A stretch of 64,000 bases of DNA from a virus: positions 1 through 64,000 of IMG/VR virus record IMGVR_UViG_3300030098_006630; one strand, 5' to 3'. Below the pieces are notes generated by a model. That model searched no databases and had not been told where the DNA came from. It worked only from the letters and a program-made list of their open reading frames with translations. The translations under genes and the position numbers were made by a program. Shown piece after piece: positions 15,979 through 26,501 of the stretch. Position 1 is the stretch's first letter. Every line of letters begins with the position of its first letter.

Positions 15979-16791
15979 TTATTTTAACTTGATATCTAAG
16001 AGATGATTTTTAGTATCAAATACACTATCTTCCTTGGTTCCATCTACTTCTAAAGATACTCCATCTGGTACATGAAACGGCGTATGTTTATAAATGTAAT
16101 TTATAAGTTGTGAATGTGTAGGTCCAAAAGATAAATGGTGGAATCTAGTGTGCACCGAATGAATCATTCCAACTAATTTTCCTCTAGTATTAAAAAGAGG
16201 AGAACCGGAAGAACCTCCAATCGCAGGGACTGTGTATAAAGAAAATCCCCATTTATACCCAGAGTATCTCCCCTCCAATACAGGCGCAGTTTGGGTATTA
16301 AACATTCCAACTGGTGCAGCAATATTATAAATCATATCACCAATAACTGGTGCATCATTTCTTTCTATTCTAACAGGAGCTTTAGAAAATCCTTTTGCGT
16401 ATAATATACATGTATCCAGTTTGTTATTGATATTTATGGTTATAGTTTGGTGTTTTATACCATTCATATCAATAAGGAATGTTTTTTGTTTTATCTTCGC
16501 CCCGCCCCCTAAATCATGTAGAATCGCACGAGGATCACAGCTGTGCCCTGTAGTTAAAATATAAGAACCATGCTCATAAGCTCTTACTACTGCTCCACTT
16601 GATGTAGCTCCGAGTTTAAAGTTCATGCACGTTTTTCCAACGCACTTAACCACATCATAACTGGCAACAACTTTTACAAACGAATCAAAAGGAAGTTTGT
16701 TTTTTAATGAAAAATGTCCATTAAGTGTACCTCCGCAAGATGCCAAAAATATCAATGAAATCATTAATATAAGAAATTTCAAACTTTTCAT
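15979..16791 (-). CDS. Trypsin-like serine protease lipoprotein
   Basis: Lipobox LASC; ILTTGHSC (His), LDTCIL (Asp), GGSSGSPL (Ser). Confidence 0.85.
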   Translation of the reverse strand: MKSLKFLILMISLIFLASCGGTLNGHFSLKNKLPFDSFVKVVASYDVVKCVGKTCMNFKLGATSSGAVVRAYEHGSYILTTGHSCDPRAILHDLGGGAKIKQKTFLIDMNGIKHQTITININNKLDTCILYAKGFSKAPVRIERNDAPVIGDMIYNIAAPVGMFNTQTAPVLEGRYSGYKWGFSLYTVPAIGGSSGSPLFNTRGKLVGMIHSVHTRFHHLSFGPTHSQLINYIYKHTPFHVPDGVSLEVDGTKEDSVFDTKNHLLDIKLK

Positions 16792-16814
16792 GGGATTTTT
16801 TCTCCTTGTAAAAA

Positions 16815-16843
16815 TAACTAGAACCTATTTGGTTTTCTATTTA
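16815..16843. promoter_or_regulatory. Back-to-back candidate late promoter motifs (CTAGTTA on minus, CTATTTA on plus)
   Basis: One copy faces each of the divergent protease and PhoH genes. Confidence 0.45.
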
Positions 16844-16861
16844 TTAATGTAAGGAATATCC

Positions 16862-18187
16862 ATGAAAAAAACATACGTCTTCGACACAAGTGCTATTTTG
16901 TCAGACTATAAATGCATCTATGAATACAAAAAAAACGATATTGTTATTCCTTTTAAGGTGTTAGAAGAAATTGACGCGCAGAAAAAACGACAAGATGGTG
17001 TCGGGTTTAATGCACGTATGATTATTAGAGAGCTTGATCTTTTAAGAGCTAAAGGAAATATTTATCGAGGTGTCCGTATAGAAAAAGGGAAAGGTTTATT
17101 ATCTATTCGAGGGTATGATAAAAATCTTTTACCTGATGAATATAAATTATCGAGTGCAGACAATGAGATTATTGGAACAGCCATAACAGAAAGAAAAAGA
17201 AATTTCTCTCGTCAAGTTATCATGGTCACTAAAGATATCCACATGCGTGTTAAATGCGATACATTAGAATTGCCATGTGAAGATTATGATAAAGATAAAA
17301 TAAACAATACTAGCCACGAATCATACACCGGAGTAGTTGAGCATGTTTTAGATGATAAACTTATAGATTATTTTTATGAAGGTCAAGAAGTTTATCTAGA
17401 CAAAAAAGAAATCCAATTGCACCCTAATCAGTGCATTCTTTTTAAATCAAATCAAGATTTTAAAAAAACCGCACTCGCAAAATTTGTTGATTATGACACG
17501 CCAATTAAAAAAATTCCCACTATCAAAAGAGGTATTTGGGGAGTAAAACCAAAAAACAAAGAACAGGTTTTTGCTTCTAATCTTCTCATGAGTGAAGACA
17601 TTCCTATTGTGTCTTTAGTAGGACCAGCAGGTTCAGGAAAAACGTTACTAGCTATAGCAGCGGGCTTAGAACAAACACTTGGCATGGGTCTTTACAATAA
17701 ACTTGTAATCTCTAGACCTGTCCAGCCAGTTGGTAAAGACATTGGATTTTTACCAGGAACCGTCGAAGAAAAAATGAACCCTTGGCTTGCTCCGATTAGA
17801 GACAACCTTGAGTTTTTAATGTCCTACTCTTATTCTAAAAGAGATAACTACGAAACTCTTGATACCTATATTGAATCAGGCGTCATTGAAGTAGAAGCCT
17901 TGACTTACATCCGAGGTCGCTCTATTGCAAATGCTTATATTATTATTGATGAATCTCAGAACTTAACAGCACATGAATTAAAGACTATAATAACTCGTGT
18001 AGGAGAAAATACAAAAATTATCTTAACAGGAGACGTTGAACAGATAGATAATCTCTATGTTAATCAACAATCAAATGGTCTATCATATGCGATAGAAAAG
18101 TTTAAAGAACACGATTTAGCAGCCCACTTAACTTTAAAAAAAGGCGAAAGAAGTGCAGTTGCGACATTAGCATCAAAAATATTATAG
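16862..18187 (+). CDS. phoH: PIN-PhoH (PhoH2-type) RNase/ATPase
   Basis: PIN motifs VFDTS, VLEEID, ADNEI, TKD; Walker A GPAGSGKT; YIRGRS; IIDESQN; TGDVEQID. Confidence 0.92.
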   Translation: MKKTYVFDTSAILSDYKCIYEYKKNDIVIPFKVLEEIDAQKKRQDGVGFNARMIIRELDLLRAKGNIYRGVRIEKGKGLLSIRGYDKNLLPDEYKLSSADNEIIGTAITERKRNFSRQVIMVTKDIHMRVKCDTLELPCEDYDKDKINNTSHESYTGVVEHVLDDKLIDYFYEGQEVYLDKKEIQLHPNQCILFKSNQDFKKTALAKFVDYDTPIKKIPTIKRGIWGVKPKNKEQVFASNLLMSEDIPIVSLVGPAGSGKTLLAIAAGLEQTLGMGLYNKLVISRPVQPVGKDIGFLPGTVEEKMNPWLAPIRDNLEFLMSYSYSKRDNYETLDTYIESGVIEVEALTYIRGRSIANAYIIIDESQNLTAHELKTIITRVGENTKIILTGDVEQIDNLYVNQQSNGLSYAIEKFKEHDLAAHLTLKKGERSAVATLASKIL

Positions 18188-18196
18188 GAGAAAAAA

Positions 18197-18475
18197 ATGC
18201 AAACAGAAAACCCTCTCGAAGAAGTTGTAGAACCTGACACTGATTTAAAAAATATACTAGTAGAATATGTAGGAGAAAAAAATGATCCAGAAGATGAACT
18301 AGTTACTGTAGAGATGATAGTTGGAACTTTAGCTGATGAGTTTCCTGAATTGGTGCTAGCCGTAGCGGAAGAAAATTGGCATCGCGGATATCACCAAGCT
18401 CTTACTGACATAGAGGTAGGAGAAAAGCTGTACGCTGAAGAACTCGAAAAACAAAAAAATGAAGAAGAAAATTAA
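18197..18475 (+). CDS. Acidic hypothetical protein
   Basis: AGGAG SD; AVAEENWHRGYHQAL. Confidence 0.7.
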   Translation: MQTENPLEEVVEPDTDLKNILVEYVGEKNDPEDELVTVEMIVGTLADEFPELVLAVAEENWHRGYHQALTDIEVGEKLYAEELEKQKNEEEN

Positions 18476-19142
18476 AGACATTGTTACACACTCTTACAAC
18501 AAGGCTCTTGCTGAAAGGAAAGAATTTAATTTAAATGGAGCTTTGATTCAAATCGTAGATCCGCTCACTCGTAATATCAATATTCCTGCGATTGTTTCAT
18601 TCTTAACTAAAAAAATTCCTGTTGAAATATTAAACCTTGTAGATGTGTATTACATAGGAAATTTTGATGTCTTTAAAAAAAGAAACACTAATGCCGCATA
18701 TATGGATGGAGCCATATATTTAAGTTCTGATCAAGATACAGAAAAAGACTTGCTTGATGATATTATTCATGAGCTAGGGCATGCTTTAATTGAGAAAGAT
18801 AATATTAATATTTTCGGTGATGGCTTAATTAAGCGAGAATTTATGGCAAAAAAAACTGCCCTTAAAAGGATACTGAGGTCGAAAGGATATGATATACCAA
18901 AATTTTTTAATACAACTTCTTTTTCACCAGAAATGGATGACTTTCTATACAAAGAAATTGGATACGAAACACTGAAGCCAATGATCAATGGCTTATTTAT
19001 GAACCCTTATGCTATAACTTCATTAGAAGAATATTTTACATCTGGGATGGAGGATTATTTTCTTGGCAAAAGCACGTTGTTAAAAAGTATATCCCCAGCA
19101 CTATTTACTAAACTGGAGTCTTATGATGAATTGGAATATTGA
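18459..19142 (+). CDS. Putative zincin metallopeptidase
   Basis: NAAY...IIHELGH and downstream SLEEYF third-ligand motif. Confidence 0.7.
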   Translation: MKKKIKDIVTHSYNKALAERKEFNLNGALIQIVDPLTRNINIPAIVSFLTKKIPVEILNLVDVYYIGNFDVFKKRNTNAAYMDGAIYLSSDQDTEKDLLDDIIHELGHALIEKDNINIFGDGLIKREFMAKKTALKRILRSKGYDIPKFFNTTSFSPEMDDFLYKEIGYETLKPMINGLFMNPYAITSLEEYFTSGMEDYFLGKSTLLKSISPALFTKLESYDELEY

Positions 19143-19431
19143 AATAACAAAAGAACAAGTTGTTGTATCACTTACTGTAGAACATATTCGCAACACTAGA
19201 GACGAAAAAGCTACTTATACTGTCGATGATGCTCGCGATTATCTAGCGCAACAAAACATTAAAACTAACAAAGTAGTGAGTGATTGTGTTGTTCACAATT
19301 ACCAAACCCAGCAAAGATGCTCTGGGGTTTGGATTTTTTCTCTTCCTAATAAACCAAAAAAACCGCCTAAGACTGTTGAAAAAAAAGAAAATGTGACTAA
19401 AATAACTAATAAGAAAACCATCAAGAAGTAG
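19123..19431 (+). CDS. Hypothetical protein
   Basis: GGAG SD; overlapping operon arrangement. Confidence 0.6.
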   Translation: MMNWNIEITKEQVVVSLTVEHIRNTRDEKATYTVDDARDYLAQQNIKTNKVVSDCVVHNYQTQQRCSGVWIFSLPNKPKKPPKTVEKKENVTKITNKKTIKK

Positions 19432-19435
19432 TTTA

Positions 19436-20215
19436 ATGCCACATATATCTTTTTCTGAGTTAGTTACTTGGAACGAATGTCCTTATAAGCACAAGCTTAT
19501 TTATCAAGATAAGATTCGTCAATTCCAAGGTAATGAGTTTACGGCGTTTGGAACGTCCATTCATAATGTCTGTGAAAAGGTCCTCTTGGATGAATCCATC
19601 GACATGAAAAAAACCTTCCTAGAATCAATGGATAAGGAGCAAAAATCTTTAGAGCGCAAGGGGATAGAAGTAAACAATAAATTCTATTCCGATCTGAAAG
19701 AACAAGGCGTTCAGTTAACCAAGCACATCTTACCTGGAGTAAAACAATACTTTGGCTCTTATGAGGTTATCTCTACAGAAGAAAGATTATTAGAACCATC
19801 TCTTGTAGATGATGATTATAACTTTAAAGGTTTTATTGATTTAGTTGTCAAGACCGAAGACGGCAAATATCATATTATTGATTGGAAATCTTGCTCATGG
19901 GGTTGGGATTTAAAAAAGAAAACTGACCCTATGGTAACTTACCAATTGACACTTTACAAATATTATTTTGCCCTAAAACACAACATTGACCCAAAGATGA
20001 TTGAAACCCACTTTGCCCTACTTAAACGCACGGCAAAAGATAATAACATTGAGATTTTTCGTGTGACTTCTGGTCCAAGAAAAACAAGAAATGTCTTAAC
20101 ATTGCTTGAAAAAGCAATATACAATATAAAAGCAAAAACACACGTTAAGAATCGCTTATCTTGCTTTCTTAACAGAAAGTGTGAGTTTTGTCATACTGAA
20201 CATTGCAAAAAATAG
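19436..20215 (+). CDS. PD-(D/E)XK exonuclease, Cas4/RecB-like
   Basis: ISFS...ECP, GTSIH, E...GFIDLV...IIDWKS, QLTLY, C-terminal C-x5-CEFC-x4-C. Confidence 0.85.
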   Translation: MPHISFSELVTWNECPYKHKLIYQDKIRQFQGNEFTAFGTSIHNVCEKVLLDESIDMKKTFLESMDKEQKSLERKGIEVNNKFYSDLKEQGVQLTKHILPGVKQYFGSYEVISTEERLLEPSLVDDDYNFKGFIDLVVKTEDGKYHIIDWKSCSWGWDLKKKTDPMVTYQLTLYKYYFALKHNIDPKMIETHFALLKRTAKDNNIEIFRVTSGPRKTRNVLTLLEKAIYNIKAKTHVKNRLSCFLNRKCEFCHTEHCKK

Positions 20216-20224
20216 AGGTACACA

Positions 20225-21484
20225 GTGACAGAAAAAATGAAGATCTTAACGATTTCTGACAGCCCCCTCGCTCCTAGTGGCGTTGGAACACAGACTAATT
20301 ATATGATTCAAAGCCTTCTTAGGACAGGGAAATATAAATTTGTTTCTATAGGCGGCGCGATTAAACATCAAGATTACAAACCTATCAAGACGGAAGAATG
20401 GGGAGATGATTGGGTTATTATTCCTGTCGATGGATATGGAAGTCAAGAACAAATTCGTTCAATGATTAGAACTGAAAGACCCGACATGCTTTGGTTCATG
20501 ACAGATCCTCGTTTCTTCGGTTGGTTATGGGAAATTGAAGATGAAGTAAGACCGTTATGTCCCATGGTGTATTACCATGTATGGGATAATTTTCCTTATC
20601 CTCACTATAATGAACCTTTATATTCATCTAATGACGTTATTGTCACTATTTCTAAGGTTACAGATGAGTGTGTAAGAAATGTGTCTCCTGATACTGAATG
20701 TATCCATTTGCCCCATGCCGTCCCTAGTGATACTTTTAAACCTTTTCCTAAAGATGTGGTAGAAAATCTAAAGAAAGACAACTTTGGAGATGAAAAAGAA
20801 AAATTTATTTGTTTTTGGAATAACCGAAACGCTCGAAGAAAGCATTCGGGTACTCTAATTTTTTGGTGGAAAAAGTTTTTAGATAAAGTGGGGCACGATA
20901 AAGCAAAGCTTGTCATGCATACCGATGTAAGAGATCCTTACGGACAAAATCTTCAATCTATTATTGAAGCGACAGGACTAACAAATGGAGAAGTTGTGTT
21001 CTCTCAAAATAAAGTCAATCTTAAAGACTTAGCTGCACTTTACAACATGGCAGACTGTACCATTAATATTTCCGACGCCGAGGGGTTTGGTTTGGCAACA
21101 CTAGAGTCCCTATCTTGCGAGACTCCGATTATTGTTACAATGACCGGGGGTCTTCAAGAACAGGTGACAGACGGAGAAGATTGGTTCGGCGTAGGAATTG
21201 AGCCCAGCTCTAAAACAGTAATTGGCTCTCAAGAAATTCCTTATATTTATGAAGATCGTATTAATGAAGATGATTTTATAAATGCACTTTTAAAAATTTA
21301 TAACATGTCCAAAGAAGAACGAGAAAACCTTGGAAAGAAAGGAAGAGAACATGTTCTTAATAATTACAGCTTCGATCTTTATACAAAAAGATGGGACGAA
21401 GTTTTCGAAAAAGTAAAAAATGAACGTGGTTCATGGAGTACGAGGAAGAATTATCAAACTTGGAATTTAAGCGAGGTTAAGTAA
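20225..21484 (+). CDS. Glycosyltransferase, GT4-like
   Basis: NRNARRK; EGFGLATLESLSCETP. Confidence 0.9.
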   Translation: MTEKMKILTISDSPLAPSGVGTQTNYMIQSLLRTGKYKFVSIGGAIKHQDYKPIKTEEWGDDWVIIPVDGYGSQEQIRSMIRTERPDMLWFMTDPRFFGWLWEIEDEVRPLCPMVYYHVWDNFPYPHYNEPLYSSNDVIVTISKVTDECVRNVSPDTECIHLPHAVPSDTFKPFPKDVVENLKKDNFGDEKEKFICFWNNRNARRKHSGTLIFWWKKFLDKVGHDKAKLVMHTDVRDPYGQNLQSIIEATGLTNGEVVFSQNKVNLKDLAALYNMADCTINISDAEGFGLATLESLSCETPIIVTMTGGLQEQVTDGEDWFGVGIEPSSKTVIGSQEIPYIYEDRINEDDFINALLKIYNMSKEERENLGKKGREHVLNNYSFDLYTKRWDEVFEKVKNERGSWSTRKNYQTWNLSEVK

Positions 21485-22731
21485 TGAGAAAAAAGATTTT
21501 AGTTAATGGACCGGCTCTATCTCAGTCCGGGTATGGAGAGCATACAAGATTTTTATTGCGCTCTTTAAAAACAAGAGAAGACGTTTTTGATATTTATCTA
21601 AACAATCTTAATTGGGGAAAAACAAATTGGTTGTTTGAAGATAATGACGAACGTCGCTGGATTGATTTCTTGTTGCAAAAAACGATGTTTCATGCTCAAC
21701 AGCGTGGCTCATTCGATTTATCCGTCCAGGTCACCATCCCTAATGAATGGCAACAAATAGCCCCGGTGAATATTGGCGTAACAGCAGGTATCGAAACGAC
21801 TAAAGTCGCGCCCCAATGGATAGAGAAGTCTTGGGGAGTAGATAAAATAATCACCATTTCAGAACATTCTAAAAATACGTTTGAAAATACTTCTTACCAG
21901 GCTACGAACAATCAGACAGGAGAAAAATTTACTGCTAAGTGCACCACTCCCATAGAGATTGTTCATTATCCTGCCAAAGTACAAGAAAAGAAAACATTGG
22001 ACATGGATTTTGATTATGACTTTAACTTTCTAACTGTTGCTCAGTGGGGTCCTAGAAAAAACCTGGAAAACACAGTAAAATGGTTCATGGATGAGTTTAA
22101 AGATAAGGAAGTAGGGCTAATTGTTAAAACAAATTTTGCTAAGAACTGTCTTTTAGATAGAAGATTAACATACAATAACCTACGCGGACTATTAGAGCAG
22201 GATAAAGATAGAAAATGTAAAGTTTATTTACTTCATGGCTACTTGACTGACGCAGAAATGAATTCGGTATATCAACATCCTAAAGTTAAGTGTCTCTTGT
22301 CTGCAACTCATGGTGAAGGCTTTGGTCTTCCTATATTTGAAGCTGCATATAACGGATTGCCTATTATTGCACCAGCATGGTCAGGTCATGTAGATTTTCT
22401 TTACATGCCCAAGAAAGATAAAAATGGCAAGATTAAAAATAAATCCATGTTTTCTAAGGTGGATTATAATCTCATACCAGTCGCAGAGCAAGCTGTCTGG
22501 GAGGGTGTTGTTCAAAAAGACTCTATGTGGTGCGATGTCAAAGAATCGTCTTTTAAAATTAAAATGAAAGACATGATAGACAACTGGGAACGTCATAAAA
22601 AACGAGCGCTAGACTTACAAGAATATGTTTTAGATAATTTTAATCAAGAAAAACAATATAAAACATTTGTAGACAGTATTTTATCGGTTGTGGAGTCTCC
22701 TAAAGAAGAAGAGCTTGTTGAATTTGATTAA
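21484..22731 (+). CDS. Glycosyltransferase, GT4-like
   Basis: SGYG; RKN; HGEGFGLPIFEAA. Confidence 0.9.
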   Translation: MRKKILVNGPALSQSGYGEHTRFLLRSLKTREDVFDIYLNNLNWGKTNWLFEDNDERRWIDFLLQKTMFHAQQRGSFDLSVQVTIPNEWQQIAPVNIGVTAGIETTKVAPQWIEKSWGVDKIITISEHSKNTFENTSYQATNNQTGEKFTAKCTTPIEIVHYPAKVQEKKTLDMDFDYDFNFLTVAQWGPRKNLENTVKWFMDEFKDKEVGLIVKTNFAKNCLLDRRLTYNNLRGLLEQDKDRKCKVYLLHGYLTDAEMNSVYQHPKVKCLLSATHGEGFGLPIFEAAYNGLPIIAPAWSGHVDFLYMPKKDKNGKIKNKSMFSKVDYNLIPVAEQAVWEGVVQKDSMWCDVKESSFKIKMKDMIDNWERHKKRALDLQEYVLDNFNQEKQYKTFVDSILSVVESPKEEELVEFD

Positions 22732-22740
22732 AGGAAGAAA

Positions 22741-24351
22741 ATGAATATAATTTATATCTCAGATTTCTTTGTAGAGCATATAGCCGGTGGAGGGGAACTT
22801 GTTGACGATTGTCTAATAAAGCATCTTTCTTCACGCGGCTTTTCTGTTTCCAGGGTTCAATCTAACAGCGTTACCCCTGTTTTTATTCAACAGAACAAGG
22901 ACAAGTTTTTTATTGTTTCTAATTTTGTTAATCTTGATAAACCTCAAAAGAAAGCTCTTGAGAATTGTCGATATATTATCTATGAACATGATCACAAATA
23001 CATTCTAGAGAGAGATCCTTCCCCATATAAAGACTTTATTGTCCCTGCGGATAGATTGTATAACTTATCTTTTTATAAAAGCGCTCAAGCAGTGATTTGT
23101 CAATCCAAATTACATGCCGAAGTTCTTCGCAAGAACATTAAATCAGATAATATCGTTTCTGCTGGTTGCACCCTATGGTCAAAAGAACATCTAGAGATTC
23201 TTAAAAAACACCTAGACACAGAAAAAACTAATAAAGTCGCAGTGTTAGATTCTGACAATCGCGTAAAAGGTCGTATTCAGGCTTTAGATTACTGTCAAAA
23301 GAAAAACTTGGACTATGAACTCATTAAATCACCCAACTATGAGGAGTTCATTGGACAACTTGCCTCAAAAAGTTCGTTAGTCTTCTTCTCGCAGGTATTA
23401 GAGAGTTTCTGTAGGCTCGTCGTAGAAGCCCGTATTCTCGGTTGTAAGCTCATTACGAACAAAATGAATGGTTGTGCATCTGAAGATTGGTTTAAAGCCT
23501 CTAAGGGGGCAAAACTCCTTGAATATGTGGAAAATAAACAAGAAGAAGTGGTGGATTTGTTTGTTTCTCTTATAAATGAAGAGAAAAAAGCTTCAAAAAA
23601 CCAAAAAACAGGCGATATTACAGTAATTTTAAACTCCTACAGGCGTCCATACAACCTAAAGATGCAGATTGAGGCTTTAAAAGCCCAATCTGTAGTCCCA
23701 AAAGAGATTTGGTTGTGGGTAAATGCCCATGAAGACAACAAAGATTTCGATTATTCGGGTTTAGGGCTCGATAAAATCTTCAATAACGACTTTAATTGGA
23801 AGTTTTACGGCAGATTTGCCGGTGCTTTACTTGTAGATACCGAATATGTCGCTATTTTCGACGACGACACGATTCCAGGCTCAAAATGGTTCGAAAATTG
23901 TCTAAATACGATGAAAACACACGAAGGTATTCTTGGATCTGCCGGAATCGTGCTAAATGACAAGTTTTATGTCCAACATGACCGTTGTGGTTGGCCAACT
24001 AGCAATAAAGAGACCACAGAGGTCGATTTAGTGGGTCATGCATGGTTTTTTAAGCGAGATTGGCTCCAATACCTCTGGAAAGAGAAGCCACCGACCTGGG
24101 ATAACGCAGAAGACATACAATTTTCTTATTCTGCTCAAAAATACGGCAATATCAAGACATATTGCCCTCCACACCCTCCAGAAGACCGAGAAATGCACGG
24201 ATCTATCCTTGGAAACGAACTTGGCATAGATAATAAGGCAACTTCGACCAATTCTGCCGTTTCTCACCAACAATTCTTCTCTGAAAGGGACTTTTGTGTG
24301 CAATATGCCCTTAAAAATGGGTGGAAAACAGTACGAGGAGTCACATTATGA
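22741..24351 (+). CDS. Bifunctional glycosyltransferase (GT-B-like N-terminus + GT2-like C-terminus)
   Basis: GGGE...ESFCRLVVEARILG, then ITVILNSYRR...IFDDD...EDI. Confidence 0.8.
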   Translation: MNIIYISDFFVEHIAGGGELVDDCLIKHLSSRGFSVSRVQSNSVTPVFIQQNKDKFFIVSNFVNLDKPQKKALENCRYIIYEHDHKYILERDPSPYKDFIVPADRLYNLSFYKSAQAVICQSKLHAEVLRKNIKSDNIVSAGCTLWSKEHLEILKKHLDTEKTNKVAVLDSDNRVKGRIQALDYCQKKNLDYELIKSPNYEEFIGQLASKSSLVFFSQVLESFCRLVVEARILGCKLITNKMNGCASEDWFKASKGAKLLEYVENKQEEVVDLFVSLINEEKKASKNQKTGDITVILNSYRRPYNLKMQIEALKAQSVVPKEIWLWVNAHEDNKDFDYSGLGLDKIFNNDFNWKFYGRFAGALLVDTEYVAIFDDDTIPGSKWFENCLNTMKTHEGILGSAGIVLNDKFYVQHDRCGWPTSNKETTEVDLVGHAWFFKRDWLQYLWKEKPPTWDNAEDIQFSYSAQKYGNIKTYCPPHPPEDREMHGSILGNELGIDNKATSTNSAVSHQQFFSERDFCVQYALKNGWKTVRGVTL

Positions 24352-25355
24352 TGTTAATTTGCTTCGGCACACGCCCCGAATACATCAAAATTAAGCCTAT
24401 TTTGGACGTTTTTAAGGGTGAAATACCCTATAAAATCCTGTTTACAGGGCAACATACCGACCTTTTAGCCCATATTGAGGGTGATTTTGTGCGTTTAAAT
24501 GTCCAAAATGGCGATAATCGCCTAGATTCTATTGTTTCGTCTATAATGAATCAGGGTCATATTTTTGAAAACGTTACCTCTGTAATGGTTCAAGGAGACA
24601 CAACATCGGCATTTGCAGTGGCTTTGGCAGCATTTCACAGGCAAATTCCTGTTATTCACCTTGAAGCTGGGCTTAGAACCTATGATTTAGCCCACCCTTA
24701 CCCTGAAGAATTTAATAGACAAGCTATTTCGCGCCTAGCAGCGGTTAATTTATGCCCTACTGCGAGAAGTTACTCGAATATAGAGGGAGAAAAGACTCCA
24801 GGGCAACGTTTTATAGTGGGAAACACTGTTTTAGACAATTTAACTCATTTAACGCCTTCTTATAATGATAATGTAATTGTAACGATGCATCGCCGTGAAA
24901 ATCACCACTGGATGGACCAATGGTTTATTAAAATAGATGAATTGGCGGCAAATCACCCTGAATTAAACTTTATTCTACCATTACATCCTAATCCCAATGT
25001 CAAAAAGCACGTAGAGCTTCTTCAAAACGTTCTTGTGATAGATCCGGTGCCATATGACGATTTCATGAGCATGCTAGCATCTTGCAAATTTGCTATCACT
25101 GATAGTGGAGGACTACAAGAAGAATTATCTTTCTTTAACAAGCTTTGTATCGTATGTAGAACCCAAACCGAACGGAAAATGGGTATTGGAACTTTTTCTT
25201 TTTTATGTAAGCATCCTGATGACCTGTCTAGACTCTTTGATAACGTAAATAGTAACTACCAATCGGCAGAGGGTATATCGTCGCCCTATGGTGACGGAAA
25301 ATCTTCAGAAAAAATATTAAAACTTATAAAGGATGGCTATGTCCAAGGGATTTAA
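24348..25355 (+). CDS. wecB: UDP-N-acetylglucosamine 2-epimerase
   Basis: FGTRPEYIK, TGQH, QGDTTS, HLEAGLRT, PYPEE, HRREN, TDSGGLQEE, PYGDG. Confidence 0.95.
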   Translation: MMLICFGTRPEYIKIKPILDVFKGEIPYKILFTGQHTDLLAHIEGDFVRLNVQNGDNRLDSIVSSIMNQGHIFENVTSVMVQGDTTSAFAVALAAFHRQIPVIHLEAGLRTYDLAHPYPEEFNRQAISRLAAVNLCPTARSYSNIEGEKTPGQRFIVGNTVLDNLTHLTPSYNDNVIVTMHRRENHHWMDQWFIKIDELAANHPELNFILPLHPNPNVKKHVELLQNVLVIDPVPYDDFMSMLASCKFAITDSGGLQEELSFFNKLCIVCRTQTERKMGIGTFSFLCKHPDDLSRLFDNVNSNYQSAEGISSPYGDGKSSEKILKLIKDGYVQGI

Positions 25356-26121
25356 GGAAGATTTTTTTAATCTTCTCAATAAATTAAAAAATAATGAGCA
25401 TTTTGCCTTTACTCGCTTCTCAGACGGCGAAGTTTTCGTTATGGAGAACAAGCATTTGATCTTACAGGAGAAATTTTGTAAAGTCGGTGATTTAATACAT
25501 AATTTTGGATACTCTGAGGATGATCATAAGGAATTCGACCCTGACAAGCATCAATTTGTGCGTAAAAAGCTCATGGACGCTTTTAACTTCAAGAAAGAGA
25601 ATTATTTTGTAGGTGCAGGATGTAACAACTGTACTTGTGAGATTAGAAACCAAATTCCTTGGCTAAAAGAAATGAGACCAGGAGACGAAGAGCACTGGAC
25701 TTCTCCCAATCTGCTTGTTAACTCGAATTATCCTCTTTTCGTGACACAATTTGTGCCAGAGTTTGCAAATCACAAGGTGGTAATGATTTGCAGCGAGAAA
25801 GCCAAGTTTGATAAGGCTCCTTTTGATGTTGTAAAAGATTTCAGAGTTGGAAAGAATTGTATTGTCAACGACCATCATCTTGAAGAGGAAATCAAGACCT
25901 GGATGGATGAGAATAATGTCGAGGATCATTTATTTTTATTTTCTGCGTCAAGTTTAAGTGAGATACTTATTCACAAGCTCTTTGAGCATAACACTAAAAA
26001 CACTTATATGGATATTGGGACATGTCTACATCCATATCTCGGATTGACAGTGGAAAGAGATTATCTTAGAGCTTATTGGAACAATGGATTCCACCCTGAT
26101 TTGTTTAAGGAGTGCGGCTGA
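25333..26121 (+). CDS. GT-D fold (DUF1792-like) glycosyltransferase
   Basis: FTRFSDGE near the N-terminus and MDIG near the C-terminus. Confidence 0.65.
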   Translation: MAMSKGFKEDFFNLLNKLKNNEHFAFTRFSDGEVFVMENKHLILQEKFCKVGDLIHNFGYSEDDHKEFDPDKHQFVRKKLMDAFNFKKENYFVGAGCNNCTCEIRNQIPWLKEMRPGDEEHWTSPNLLVNSNYPLFVTQFVPEFANHKVVMICSEKAKFDKAPFDVVKDFRVGKNCIVNDHHLEEEIKTWMDENNVEDHLFLFSASSLSEILIHKLFEHNTKNTYMDIGTCLHPYLGLTVERDYLRAYWNNGFHPDLFKECG

Positions 26122-26501
26122 TGGATTTTGTAAAGAATAAAAAAGAATACTGGGAATTTATTCGTGAATTAAGAAACGATGAACGAGTCAAGAACGGATT
26201 CATCCAGCAAGACCATATTGAAAGGGAAAATCACTTAAAATACATGGAAAAATATGGTAATAATTTCTATATCTGTTTGATTGACGGAACTCCTGCTGGT
26301 TATGTTGGAGTTATCGATAGAGATATAAGAGTCGCTACCCATCCAGATTATCAAGGAAAAGGCGTAGGTAAATTTATGATAAACGCTATGATGAACTTGC
26401 ATCCTGATGCATTCGCAAAGGTGAAAATAGAAAACATTCCCAGCTTAAGATTATTTGAAGCGTGCGGATTTACTAAGAAGTATTACATTTTGGAGAAATA
26501 A
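26121..26501 (+). CDS. GNAT N-acetyltransferase (PseH-like)
   Basis: HPDYQGKGVG; ENIPSLRLFEACGF. Confidence 0.85.
   Translation: MDFVKNKKEYWEFIRELRNDERVKNGFIQQDHIERENHLKYMEKYGNNFYICLIDGTPAGYVGVIDRDIRVATHPDYQGKGVGKFMINAMMNLHPDAFAKVKIENIPSLRLFEACGFTKKYYILEK

Noticed and set aside
19436-20215. CRISPR-Cas locus
   Set aside because: No repeat-spacer array or other cas genes were seen in the window.
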